Source: Trichoplax adhaerens (lineage: Eukaryota; Animalia; Placozoa). Taken from it: a DNA stretch of 64,000 bases. Numbering within the stretch: position 1 is the first letter of the stretch; each line of letters opens with the position of its first letter. The translations under genes and the position numbers were made by a program. Below, one piece after another: positions 27,501 through 41,010 of this stretch. The notes below the pieces were generated by a model that worked only from the letters and a program-made list of their open reading frames with translations, searched no databases and was not told the origin of the DNA. The stretch spans positions 4,344,123 through 4,408,122 of the forward strand of contig NW_002060944.1 in the NCBI RefSeq assembly GCF_000150275.1, read 5' to 3'.

Positions 27501-30500
27501 TGAAGGACATATTTCTCTCATCAATTGAATTTAAAAAAATTACCATACTTTACGGGTAAAACTAATTTTCTCATTGCTGCTTAAAAAAGACTTACTTTTG
27601 TGTCGCTTCTGCACACTCTTTAGCGGTTTCATCTTCGTCAGGATCGCTATGATCATCATCTACGTCATTTAATTGTCGATATCTGATAGGTAAAATAATA
27701 AGAAATAATTATACGTTATGCTTACTAAACTGCAACAACCCTACACAGTATGATGGCCTATAATGAAGTGGATACTAGATACAACACTATGTTGGCTGTG
27801 TAAGTAGTGAAAAATTGTATAGCATCCAACTGTTTACATAGTGAGTTAACAACTATTCAAAGGTGGAGAATGATAAATTTATGGAAACCAAACTACGTCG
27901 TTCATAACTATAGTTAGTAATACGTAACACAAAGTTAGTCCTACTTATGCAACTATTTTACTCTATTTCATTCTTGAATTCCAGTAGCAACATGATACAA
28001 AACATTAACTTTTAAAAAGAAATCCTCTTAAAATTGCACTATGATGACATGGAAATGCCATGTCATAATTTTATTTTTTAATGACTATCAAAGAGGGCGG
28101 AAATGAATATTAATGACTAGTATAGAGTTGACGTACCGCATTAAAATTAAATCAAGTAATTCTTCAGGAGTGGTAAATGTTTTATAAGTACAAAGTAAAA
28201 TGTTGGCAAAACTTGGATCATTTTCTTGTTGTTTTGGATTAATATAATGAACAGCCTTCTTCACCGTGCCAGCTTTGATGTATAGGACTTTACATGTATG
28301 CCATTGCATATGAGAAACACCACTGGCATCAGCATCGATTGCTTGCTTTAAATCTTTAGCCAATGTGCTGTAATGGATGCGTTTTAAATAAACGTCGTAT
28401 AGAGCTCCCGACTCTTTTTCTTCTCCGAAATATTTCAAGTTCTGTCAAAAATATCAAATTAAGCAAATATAAATATGAAAATAATCGTTGAGGAGAAATC
28501 TTGACGGCATCGAAAGTACTTCTCGATCTACGTACAATAGTCTATCTGAGTATTGAAATTGTTAAAATAAGCTGATCTTGACTTCTCTAAATGCTATACT
28601 AATGGTAGCAATTAAAATAATGTACTGTACAACAGTTGATATGTCGTAATTTATTTCGCAATTTATTATAACAGGAAGCTAGAGATATTTCTACCGACTG
28701 GTATAGTATAAAGTCCATGAAAAGAAATAACGATTGCAATCCATGATGGTGTTTACAAAAGTTAAGCCCTACATTGTCCACACGTCCATCATATGTGTTT
28801 ATTTCGGGACCGTAAATTACTGTCTATTGCATACGTTTTTCTATCGGCGCTAACCGATAAGAAACAAGTAATTTTAAAATGTTTGACTAATTTGATGGTC
28901 AAAAAATTGGATATACAGTAGAATGATTAATTAATTATAAATAGAGTAGCAATGGATATTTACGCTACAAGATTATCCTGATTTTTTTAATGGATATTCT
29001 CTACAAGAATATTGCACGAACGCCTCCGCTATTCAGTTATGACTAGAAGAAATTTTTGTAAACTTTGACCCTATGGTAATCAATAACAGTAGTTGATTTC
29101 AAATTTTTTCTTCTTCGCTACTGCACCTGGTACTGATCATTAATTAAAATGAAAAATGCTAATTTGAAAGAAGAAACGTTAACCTCTTGCCATAAGAAAA
29201 TACCGATAAAAACAGATACCTCCACTCACAAATTATTCTCTTGATAAGTAATCCCATTAGAATATGGCAATTTTACAAGCAAGAATACTACTTTTTAATT
29301 TTGATATTGATAACTTACCGGAGAACTACTGAATCGATCATTTCGAGCATTTGTCCCATTCATGGTTAAGCGATTACGACGGCTTAATGGTGGATTAGAA
29401 ATGGTAGCATGTCGTTGTCTGTAATAACATGGATCGACCAAAATGGATTAATCAAAGATTAATTAAACAAGATCGTCTAACATGTCTACACCTGAAAAAT
29501 GAAAAGTTGTTGACTGCCGTTGGAGCACTAATTGAAATAAATCAGCGATTCATCAATGAAATTGACAGAAGATTATCCACTCGTATAGTATAGATTGTAC
29601 ACTGGTAGATGCAATGATCAGATGATATCAAAACATTGCAAGACAAGTAGTGTTTGATTAGCATTTAAAGTCTATTAGAAGGTATTAATTGATGCTCTTT
29701 AATTGACACTGTGGGTCAATTTACAAAGTATAAGACTATGTAATAAGCAGTTGAAAAAGGGAAAATTCTCGTTAGCATAGACCACTAGGAGAATCGTTTC
29801 AACATCTTCCGTTGGCCCCGATCAACACCAAATAACAACAACCCCCCAAAAAATAGATGGAAAAAAAACCGCGTAGAGATCAACTGATCGTTGGCTTTTA
29901 CCATCTCATCGACAGAAGCGTCGATGGTACCATGACTGAAATTCGATTCAAGACTGCATCTCCTATTCAAGTATAGTGTCATGATTATCGTCTACAAGTA
30001 AAATGAGATCTACCCTTGTCACAAGTATTGTATAATCTATCGAGCGAAATTAGATAAGAAACAAAACAACTTCCCCCCCCCCCAAAAAAATGGCTACTGT
30101 GGTAGAAATGCCTCTACTGAATACGTTGATTCTGTAGAAAGACTGTAAGTTGAAGAGAAAGAAAATCCAACTATCCTATCCTCCATCATCTATATACAAC
30201 ATACCATGGAAAATATTACCACAAGAGGGAATAGCAATGGACGAAGAAATGGTCTTGTCTGCAAAAGTTGAATTTCCAAAAGCTCGGCGAGAATATCAGG
30301 CAATACGTTTAACGAACAGTCAACGCTCGCATGGACTGTGGCTGGGGTAAAAGAATAGAACAAAATAAACAAGATGTGATTGGTATAATTGCCTATGGGA
30401 GCGGCTTTCACCTTAGTAACAGAGGTTACGGGCGAATTTTTACCTTTAGCACCACCCTGTCGCGGACGATGATGGACGACTACAGTGGATAGGCTGCATC

Positions 30501-32148
30501 CACTAGGCAATGCTCCATTCTACTCAAGGTGGAATGGACACAAATGGTCGTATGATGGTGAGAATTTCCACCTGGGTAGCTCATGGCGACCAATGTACAG
30601 TACAAGAATTACAATGACTATTTTTAGACTGGCTAGGCTTTGTCCACTTTTTTTACTAAAGTGCTTGAATGGAATTGTTGTAAAACCCACTATGGCGACC
30701 ATTGAATTTCGGACTATGGTAGCGAGTGGCGACTAACGAATTAGAATGCAGCCGACAAGCAGTTATAGACTGTTTTGTCTACCACGCACAATACACGTAG
30801 TTATGGTGTATATTGTTGTGATGGACGATAGGATAACTGCGGTCATGGTAGAAGTAGAGTATATCAATGGATTGACAAGCTGAATCAAGAACAACAGTTG
30901 CCTTATTTGATGTTGTTATTGTTGTCAAGTTCCTCGCTCAACGTCTTGTCATAGCATCATTTCCTTGATAGAGATATCTCCTTTCGCTTTTTGAATTTGG
31001 TAGCCAACCAAAGCATGCAATGCTACAGGCCACTACACCATGTTCAACCGTATGCTAATTTCATAAATTGGAATTCATGAAATATAGTCAAAATACACCT
31101 GTCATTTTCATCTTGCCATGATTAGGAATACAGTACTGTAGTCGATGCTATCACTATCTCCAATGCAATCTCCATATTTACCAATAAATGCCCAAGATAT
31201 ACACGAGATCGAGTCCGATCAGATCAGAAAGATGCACGTTTTACGATCATGTCCGGTCTCACCAATCTGTAAATACACTTGTCACATGATCGCCTTCAAC
31301 TTAATTAGTTCATTGCATTAATTAATTCAACATTTATGAATCGAAAATCAACTAAGAAATAAGACGCAAGACTTTTTATCCATTCAATCACTGCATTGCT
31401 CCAGCCACTGACATGTTGCATGGATATTGTAACTCCGCCAAAAGAAACTAAAAACAATCTCAACTGTTGGATCCATGCTTACTTGTCTTAAATGAGACTT
31501 TGTCGTCTTACTCAGCGTCCGCAATATCATCCAGTACAGTACAGTATACTGTACAGCGGACAGCTCATTTGAATGACCATTGTAACGGAGAGTAGACACT
31601 GTGTTCGCTTGCAGACATAGGACGCAGTTGAAAGAACCAGTACTACGCATGTGTACATGACGGCCTTGTCATATCGGTGTCTACATTCTACAGTACAGTA
31701 TGCTGTAACAATAGACAGGACGTATACAGTACATTATATGACATAGATGACTTCCAGTATGCATCAATACAGCTAATTCTACATTTACTACAGTAGTCCC
31801 GATAGAATCGATACAATAGACAGGACGTACACGCCTACACGGTACAGTATACTGTACAGTACTGTACAGTATGTACTGTAGATGACTTACAGTATACTGT
31901 ACAGTACTGTACACTGTACAGTACATCAATACAGCTAACAAGCCTAACATACAGTACTGTACAGTACAGTGTACTGTACCCTAATTCTAGATTTACAAGC
32001 TACAACATTTGTCCCGGTAGAATCGATACAGATACGCGTTTAAAGTATCATGTGAAATTCTCCATAGTACACCACTAATAAAGGATCAAGGATTCAATAA
32101 GCAGACAACTTACCGCGATCTCTTGTGAAGCACTCCTGTAAATACCAT
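21522..32148 (-). CDS. RALGDS: RalGDS/RGL-family guanine nucleotide exchange factor (REM + CDC25 + RA domains)
   Basis: REM exon about 28137-28442 ([37 protein letters not shown]). CDC25 motifs [64 protein letters not shown] domain YKSI...[11 protein letters not shown]...YELLQ...[12 protein letters not shown], stop at 21522-21524. The start exon 32148-32114 is inferred from phase compatibility with exon 29418-29319; the 5' end is uncertain. Confidence 0.88.
22229..22405 (-). repeat. Coding 39-bp (13-aa) tandem repeat in the RalGDS CDC25-RA linker
   Basis: [13 protein letters not shown] / [13 protein letters not shown] / [13 protein letters not shown] / [13 protein letters not shown] / MKLLSSP. 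Confidence 0.85.
31532..32030. repeat. CAGTA/TACTG array with short duplicated spacers at the 5' end of RalGDS
   Basis: TACAGTATACTGTACAGTACTGTAC runs at 31842-31978; duplicated words AATAGACAGGACGTA, CATCAATACAGCTAA and TAGAATCGATACA. Confidence 0.75.
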
Positions 32149-35100
32149 AATTCTGTGGAAAATTTGGAAAAGAAGAGGAAAATCTCTCTTTGCTGCTAAT
32201 CAAGTTATAAATTAATTTTGCTATAGAGCAACACCAATGAATGACATAAAACCGATATGTTTTCTACAACGAGATTCTACATCCAACCCAGTACACTGCG
32301 ATATTGGTCACATTGGTTCCATCTGCTATCAGCTCATCCAAATTATGATCCAATCTTGCATTCTCCGTAGTCTATCAATACAATATCATATCAAGACCAA
32401 ACAATACAGTACAATGTAGACTAGTTCCAATAACATTTCAATTTTTCATTCCATCTACCAGTCACAACATCAATCGAGTAACAGTCATAGCTGGCATAAC
32501 ATCAAAACAATCATCATCATGGTCGATACATTCAAGTTTGTCAATAATGCCTTGGCATGGCCGTCAGGGATGTCATGATTAATTAACATTGGATTGTCAA
32601 GGATGAATGATGGTCTATTTTTTTTTTCTTTTTTATGTCAATAACTTAATTACTTTCTATACAGCTCTACTGTATTATATTATTCCTACCGCCTTGTCTA
32701 TCCCACAAGCTTCCTATTAGTCTCGACACACTGGCATCATATGACGTTCATCACACAGGGGTGTATCATTTCTCAGAAAAGTACGACCATAATACAATCA
32801 CAGTACCAAAATAATTAACCAAGTAATTATCAATAGAATTAGAATCATTCGATTACCTCTAATAACTCTCATAGTTGACTAAGAACTAGGATAAACTTTT
32901 CCACATTCATCAAGTCAATCAGTCACTAAACTATACTCATATCATGGACGGGTATAGCTAATGAACACAGCGACAATTTTACTCATCTAACTGATGAAAT
33001 TGAGCTTAAACAAATTTTTCTCAATTATTACTACAAGCATGCTATCGCCCACAAATTGAATTCATTACACAAATAGACTATAATATATCTAATAAATACG
33101 AATATGTAGAAAACAATTTTAAATACTTTTACCGTAATCGGCAAATTATATAATTATCCATAAAACATTTTTACAAATAACAGGAGTAAAACAATAGTGC
33201 TAACATAACAGCACTAATCGAGTTAATAATGTAGTTCTTTTTCTATACAATCGATAGAACAGAAATTACATAACGTCCTGATGTACATGCAATAAATTAT
33301 AAAAACAACATAATATATCTACTTTCATCAACCAATTCAATTATCCCTAAATAAGCTCCTTAGTCAATTGTCGACACTGAAATCATGGTAGTTCAAGTAT
33401 GATCTATGAGAATCAATATATCATGGACCGTTCATATTATTTATAGCGCAAGAATCGTATGTTTTGCTTGTAATGAAGAATATGCCTCAGTTAATGCCAG
33501 ACTATTGCATTTTAATGACATTGATCCTTTACAAATTTTGTAATAATCATAGCACACTGGCAACGCTTGTAAATAACGAAAAAAATTGATCTTAGTTAGA
33601 TATTATAAATCATCACAGTCAGTAAACACGTATTAACAAAGTTTATATATCACCTACATATCTAAGTACAGTAAGTTACCAGTCTTAAAGTATGGTATGC
33701 ATGTATCACACAATTCACAGTATTAAAGCTATTTGTAGAGACAAAAATTCCTTAGCGTTAGTTCATATATTTACTAGCTTACCATTAGATGAGAATAATG
33801 ACTATTACTGACGTCATAAAATAGACTATCAGATCTAATTTAGTCAAATACGTTGAATAAAAATAGTGCCTTAGTCAAAACACTACGCAACCGGTTTACT
33901 AAAATTGTTATCGATCCTACAACATAGATATCATGACAGTTTTGCCTAATACTGTAACTTGGTGCATTGATACTTTTAGTACATGAAAGAAATAAATTGA
34001 TCTATTTATATGTCATAACTTTGCTCTAATCTATGTTTTATATCATAAGCAACAATACTGAGTGTTTATCGTATCTTATAAAAATTTTTATACCATAATG
34101 CGCTATTTTGCTTTCTAAAAAATATGTGTATTTAATGTAAAAATTCTATTTGCTTTTAGGGTACGCACCAATTAGCGTGTAGTCTCAAAAACAAATATAT
34201 AATAAATTAGTAACAACTCGTAGCCAGTATTCGTGATATCAACTAGTTTCGAGCGAGATCTAGCTTACACTTATGCTACTGTATATATGACCGTTTATTA
34301 TACTCTGAAAATTATCAAAATGTAAGCAAAGATGTAATTAAATGATTCTATCTGCCAAAGATATAATTAAATGAATGTATCCACTAAAGTACAAATTACT
34401 GATATCTTGTAAATTCGCCCATCATCCTTATCAAGTCACTAGTAATGTGATAGGTCTTTGCTTAATTTCTCGCAAAATTTCGATATCACCTAAGTTGATA
34501 TTAACTGTGAAATATTAACTACAGGAGTTGATCTATAGATCAAAATATTAACAGGTAATATCTATACCATGCATTATACCATAAGCTTGATAGACACTGT
34601 TAACTTTCAGTTAATACATTAAGGCTACACATAAATGATATAAGTAGAAAGAAACTGCTTGAAGGGATTAATCCTACAGCACCGTAAATAAACGGTAACT
34701 TTTTTATCTAAACTACCGATAAAAATTCAAATAAAACAATCCATTAGAGTGCAGTTTCAAATTAAGATAGTGGGCTATACATGAAGTGAGTAAATATAAA
34801 CAACGCTACTTGGAAAGTATTGATATCATACAGAAACGAGGAATAATAATTTTTAATCTGCAAAAAAATCTGGATATGCTGGGTAGTTATTAATACTAAT
34901 GGCATGATTATCATTGATCCTTTCATGAAATGGTCTGTATAGCATTTTTAACGAAATCATAATATTCAATATCAGTCAGTTCAAATGAAGCCGTAATCAT
35001 ATACTTCATCCTTACAATTATTGTTGATGGCGTTAAAAATAGTGATCAAATATATGCTGCATTACTGATGGATTACATATAAGAGCAATATAATATAGTA

Positions 35101-38100
35101 TATCGGTGAAGTGATAGCTTACATTACTTTGCGCATATCTAGGTAGATGCTGTATAACGCTTTAAGGCTATCCTAGTTTAACTGAAGTCATTCGCTAACC
35201 CAGGATTATAAAATAAGCTGGCAACTTGTTGCCCAGTATATCCTATTCTATCCTCATTCTGATCAATTGCAACCTTTGATTAAATTATTTTATTCTATTC
35301 AAAGCATTTATCAAATTGAAAAAAAAAGTTATGCAGGTTTAGAAGATACTGTTTAAGCTAGTCCTTTCGTTAATCAGGTGTTGTAAAGAGCCTCCTTATA
35401 TATATATTATATATATAGTACCAGCGTACACCAATGTACTAGTGTAAACTTTCTATTAGTACGCAAAGTATAGACCGAAATTCGTTAATGAAAAGGGTAG
35501 GCCACGAAGGGGCATGCAAGCTCGTTAAGGTTAAGAGTTGTCAGGATTTTATTCAGAATCCACGAGGAACGTATATCAGGGAGAGGTAGATAACTTAAGA
35601 AGAATTAAGTTACTTCCAACATGAAATCTTATGAACACCTTACAGATAGGAGACTATGGAAATAATTACAGGTAGCAACGTGAATACTACGGTCCTTCTC
35701 ATACTTTAGCACGGACAAGTTTGCGCTTTTATTGCAGTTCGTATGCGAATCATTCTTTAACAAAGTAATAAAATGATTGTACAATCAATAACATCAACAT
35801 TTTTTCCATACTTGGTATGTGCAAATGTTTCTATGACTAATTCTTCACCTATGCGTATGATTGCTCAGTAAAAGAAAGAAAAATGGCACAATGGCGCCGC
35901 GCCTATATGATGACTAATACGAATATACTATACATTCGCACGTAATTACGCGTAGAAATAAAAATAACAATGGTTTCAAAGTCAAATATCGCATACCTTT
36001 TTCAACTATGTATATCTGTAGTGATGCACCCATATTTGATTATACGGATAGCTATATTTGATATAGTTAGGTTACTTTAAATAGATACTATCGTGAAGCT
36101 AATATTAGATGATTGCTAACTACTATATTAGAAATTGTTGACGACTAATAGTAGCCAGTTGACTAATTATGGTGCAAGATTGATGTAGCTAGAAACACTG
36201 TAGTGGTTAAGATGCCCTTCGGAGAAAGGGCCTAAACGCGAATAGAAGAGTAGTGACATCTTGAGTAGAATGATTTAGATGGTAGAAAATAATGATGCAC
36301 TATTAGAGAAAATTAATTTTTTTGATGACTCATGTCTGCTTGTAGATTAATCAAGTTGTCATAAATGGATTGAGCGAAATGTTTATAAGAACTGCAGAGA
36401 TCAGCTCACAGAAGAAAAGAGACTTCACTTCGCTTTGAGCTCGGAATACTTTCGATTTAGACTAGATTCTCGTAGCAATTAATGATTGCTCTACTATTCC
36501 TAAAGCCTTGTAATAACAGCCTTTTAGAAAATACCATTTGACTAAGATAATTAGTGTGAGACGCCCTTATTACAATGTCCTCGGTTGTTTTTTAACGTAG
36601 ATAATAATGGCTAATCAACTAACCTCTTCAAATGACTTTTTAACAACTTATAGGCGTGTTTTAGACTATAGGGGCTGTGTCTGGAGACATGGCCACCAGC
36701 TAGGGCTTTGCCGCCATACTCGCGCTTTTTGTTTTTTATTATCACCCCTTAGTGAAAGATGATATTTCAGTAAGAGATTATTTGATAAGATTTTCTTTTT
36801 TATTTCTAAAAGCCTTTTTCCACTGTACTGTATCTATAAATTAATTATGAACTAAACAGTAGTCATTACTTTATATCTCAATGATGAAAAATACTCTGTA
36901 TCGCCCATTGCTCACTGCTTGATGCAAAGTTGATACTGTCACAGTTATATTTGCATACAGTACTGTATACCAGCGTACGATAATATTGCAATGTCGCATA
37001 GTAAGGACATGGGATGTAGCAAATATGTTGCTTGCCAATCAAAGCAGGGAATGTTGCGAAGGAAGAAGGCCGAAAATATTATAAGTAATCGTTTCGCTAT
37101 GTTATATTACCATAGATTATATATCTATATTGGAGAAAGCTGATATCACTATTCACTGGAATATTATTAAAATATGGTGCAGTATACCTAATTCAAATAC
37201 TTAAAGGGCTATGATATAGCAAAATTGGAAATATTTTACATCAATTTATCAAATCTTTATAATCATTACTCAAATCTGTGATTATCTTCATAAAAAGAGG
37301 AAGTATGCACTTGCAAGATAAGCTACTGAATATGTTGCTTTCCTCGACTTAAGAATACAGTCAGGAAGTGAACATCGTACATTTGTTTATTAATACTACA
37401 TAAAATATCCTTATTTTAACCCGCCTATCATCTTACAAACCCTATTGAGTACGGCAGTCAAGTTCTCCAACAAATTGTAAGAGAACAATCGTCACTTCTG
37501 TTAACTTATACTTTACAACGTACAAAAACTGAATATAGATGTCCTCATTTAAAATATTAATTCGTTGATAGTTACCACATACTCTTAGTATGTCATCTTG
37601 ATACTACTGCAAGCGTCCTTTCACCACTAATTTAGGCAGCTAAAATCACTGATACATTCATCAGATTATCAATTAAAATAATTAATTAGGGTTTGTATTG
37701 ATACAATTGGCTTAATATCTCCTCTGTTTAATATAGAACTATCAAAATTACACTTTTTGGACAAGATTTCTTAAGAAAATTTATTTTAAACTTTGATCAA
37801 ACTAAACTCGTTATGATCAACATGGCTTAAAATCGCATAAATTTGATTCTTGCACTTGACTTGCAAGTAGCACATTTTCACAACAAGAGATCATTTGTTT
37901 CTAGAGCGATTTCTAACCCGTATTCGCTATAGTCATTTAAAATAATTTAAACCTTAAATAAAGCAACACTGAATTACATGCTTGTATAAATAATTATTTA
38001 CGCATGTAATTGATGACATTATAAACTGGAGTTGAAATATTTTATCCAATGTAAGAATTTATATCTCTATTTACATTATCCAATATAGCAGTTCTGCACT

Positions 38101-38241
38101 GTATTACATCAATTCTTTGGTAATAAGGATCCTTTTCGAGTAGTACTAGTATTTACAAGACACTATTTGAATATACGCAATTTTCAAACAGGCTTATATA
38201 CTAAGACATAAATTAAAGAACTCTAGGTACATTTAATTTCA

Positions 38242-39699
38242 TTAGTCTTCCATGTCTAAGCCAAATCTATCATATAAATCTTTTACTAGGACACCTTCAA
38301 CCTCAGCTGCAATCAATTTAAATAAAAAAAATGGCGTTAAATGATATGGTATTAAGTATGGTTCAAGGCATCTTACTGTATCACGTAGATTATTACTATA
38401 TACTACACCTATACAACATGCCTGAAATTGTAGCTACCTTGTTAAGCTACAACAATTTGTACTAAAATAAACTTACCAAGTTTCCCCAACAAGATCTGTC
38501 CAATGTCTTTTATTTCATTGTACTGGTGAAGCTTATCAATAAAAAGTGCCAGGTCCTCTTCATTATAACTACATCATAAATTTAAGAAAGTATCATTAGC
38601 AATGATTGAAATACAATCTTAGTCTTAAATTAATTTCAATTATGATAAAAAGTTCAATGACCATCTCAAACTTGTGCACTTGATAAGTAATTGTATTTTA
38701 TTTTATTAAGTTTATACAGATCATTATTTTATTTCATAGCTGACTAACTGTGTATCGAGTTTAGCAATATCATTATCCAAAGATACTAGTCTTGCTTGCA
38801 AGTCATTATATTGTTTTAATAGCACGGTTTTATCAGGTGTAGCTATAGTCCTCTTTCGTGCTGATCCCTATAACATCAATAATAGTCATATCAGAGTGAT
38901 TAAAATTCAATAATTCTTAACATTGTATCGTATGATGCTAAAATACGAGCATTTGTTGTTGAGAGGAGAATTGAAATATTTTAATTTTAGTATTGATAAA
39001 TGGATTGCTTACTGGTGTAGTTGGAAGTCGTTGTTGTGGGGTGCTACTCCAGATACAGCCATGGAATCGTACGATATAATTGAATTTATCAATGCAACAT
39101 AATCAATAAGATTGTATTCTATTACAACAAAGCAAAAGCGAATATCCAGCATTATAACAGCAAAATGTGAAGTTTATGCAACCTGGGCCGAGGACTCGTA
39201 CACGCCATATCCTGTTTGGTTTTTTCCGAAGAAAATATTTTCCAAATCATGTGGATCGTATTATCGTCTTTACTACTTAGTTGATAGAGATGTCTAGGAA
39301 ATAATATACCGGATATGAAATAATATGCAAGTCAATCCTTGCGACGTAAGATAGCAAAAGCAAATGGTGAATACAAAATGATTGATCAAACTTTTATCCG
39401 TTAACAATAATACTGTACAAGCTTGACCACTACAAGAGTATCTATCCTATTCTATTGTAGAGATAGTGATTGCATTTAGCCTATGCAATAAGGTAGAATA
39501 TTCTACGGATCTACTGTTGATCATATTCTACTCCTACGTACATGCCATTGGTTGAGGGTAACCTCTTGATGCAGTCTTGGAGTAAATTTTCATCATAGCA
39601 ATGAATGTCTTTCATAAGCTCCTCCAAAGTTCTTGGGGTTTGCATATTTTGGCAAAAGGTTTGAACCTTCGTATAGATGGTATCTGTATCGTATTCCAT
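38242..39699 (-). CDS. SWI5: SWI5/SAE3 recombination mediator with an N-terminal extension
   Basis: Phase-compatible exons 39699-39542, 39293-39183, 39043-39013, 38867-38749, 38568-38477 and 38306-38242. C-terminus FIDKLHQYNEIKDIGQILLGKLAEVEGVLVKDLYDRFGLDMED* is the Swi5 signature (LHxYNxIKDxGQ). The true start may lie further upstream: the frame is open to about 39911, with a possible exon at 39967-40033. Confidence 0.88.
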
Positions 39700-40127
39700 A
39701 GGTGATATCGACTTTACCAATGAATTAGGATATCCAGATGGAAAAAAAAGACTGTCGTCGTTAACAGTAATTAAACCTGTTGCATTGACAATGCAATGAA
39801 TTGCCTCAATTTTGTAGCAAAGAAAGTCTGTGTCAACTACAGTACTACTGTATGAGCCAATTATTGAACTCAATATTGCTGGAATTGGCCCCTTTCCATT
39901 CACACTCTTGCTATTCAATAGAAAAGCAATCAATAATCATGAAGTTTACTACAGTCCAAAATCACGAGCCACCAGTAAGGTAGTGGAGCGTTGAAATTTT
40001 TGTATCCTTGATTTCAGAAATCGAGTTGGCAGTCTAAATATTTCCTAGCATCAATAAATTATCCGTGATTGGCAGTCACACAATATCATGTTGGACATCA
40101 CCGTGCAGCAAGACCTCAGTAAATTTA

Positions 40128-41010
40128 GCACAGTAGTCCAGTACAATACAGCGTACTATAAACTAGCGTCTTCTTCTTCAGTACAACAGTACTGCTGATA
40201 GTCGGCCCGGTCCGGGACCTGAACTGACAGTTACCGGTACCGGACCGGGCACTGAGCATGCGCTAAAGGCTGGATCGAACAGTAGAGTGTACAGTCTGTA
40301 CTGTACAGTAGTACGTACAAAGTACTGTAGACACGATGTCTCTGCGACAAGTCAGGTCTAGCGACAACCATCCAGAAATGAGTCTGAAGCTATGTATGAG
40401 TGACTCGTTGTTTGGCTTTCTTTTGTCCACACCAGCATCACTAGAATAGCGAATTGAGCACTGTACAGTGTACAGTACAGTAGTCAGCAGACTACTGTAC
40501 ACAGTCCAGTACAATACAGTGTACAGTACTATAAACTGGCGTCTTCTTCCTCTGTACAAAAGTACAGTACACTGCTCATAGTCGGTCCGGTCCGGTCCCG
40601 GACCAGAACCGACAGTTACCGTACCGTGCCGGACATTGAGCATGCGGTACAGAATCAATCGAAGAGTAGAGTGTACAGTCTGTACTGTACAGTACAGTGT
40701 ACAGTACAGTAATACGTACAAAGTACTGTAAACACGAGTTACCTTACCGGACACTGAGCATGCGGTACAGAAGCAATCGTACAGTACAGTATGAGTGACT
40801 CCATTGTTTGGCTTTCTTTTGTCCACACCAGCATCACTAGAATAGCTAATTCAACACTGTACTGTAGTCCATTACAGTACATTGTACAGTAAAATACAGT
40901 ACAGTGTACTGTAAACTGGCGTCTTCTTCTTCTATACAAAAGTACTGCTGATAGTCGGTCCGGTTGGGTCCGGGACCTGAATCTGTTGTCCACACCAGCA
41001 TCACCAGAAT
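40128..41010. repeat. ~375-380 bp GC-rich tandem repeat (about 2.3 copies) interleaved with CAGTA runs in the SWI5/MED27 divergent promoter
   Basis: TAAACT(A/G)GCGTCTTCTTC...ATAGTCGG(C/T)CCGG near 40159, 40532 and 40912; ATGAGTGACTC..TGTTTGGCTTTCTTTTGTCCACACCAGCATCACTAGAATAGC near 40396 and 40791, partial copy near 40987; TGAGCATGCG three times. Confidence 0.9.

Noticed and set aside
29785-30736. Cluster of overlapping short ORFs on both strands inside a RalGDS 5' intron
   Set aside because: No recognisable motifs or consistent splice model; slightly higher GC explains the open frames.
36190-36245. tRNA-like words (TGTAGTGGTTA...GCCTAAACGCGAA) with a small GCCCTT/AAGGGC hairpin
   Set aside because: No acceptor stem or T-arm/B-box; cannot be folded into a cloverleaf.
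40128-41010. CRISPR-like repeat/spacer appearance
   Set aside because: Eukaryotic context, long degenerate units, spacers are themselves repeats, and no cas genes.
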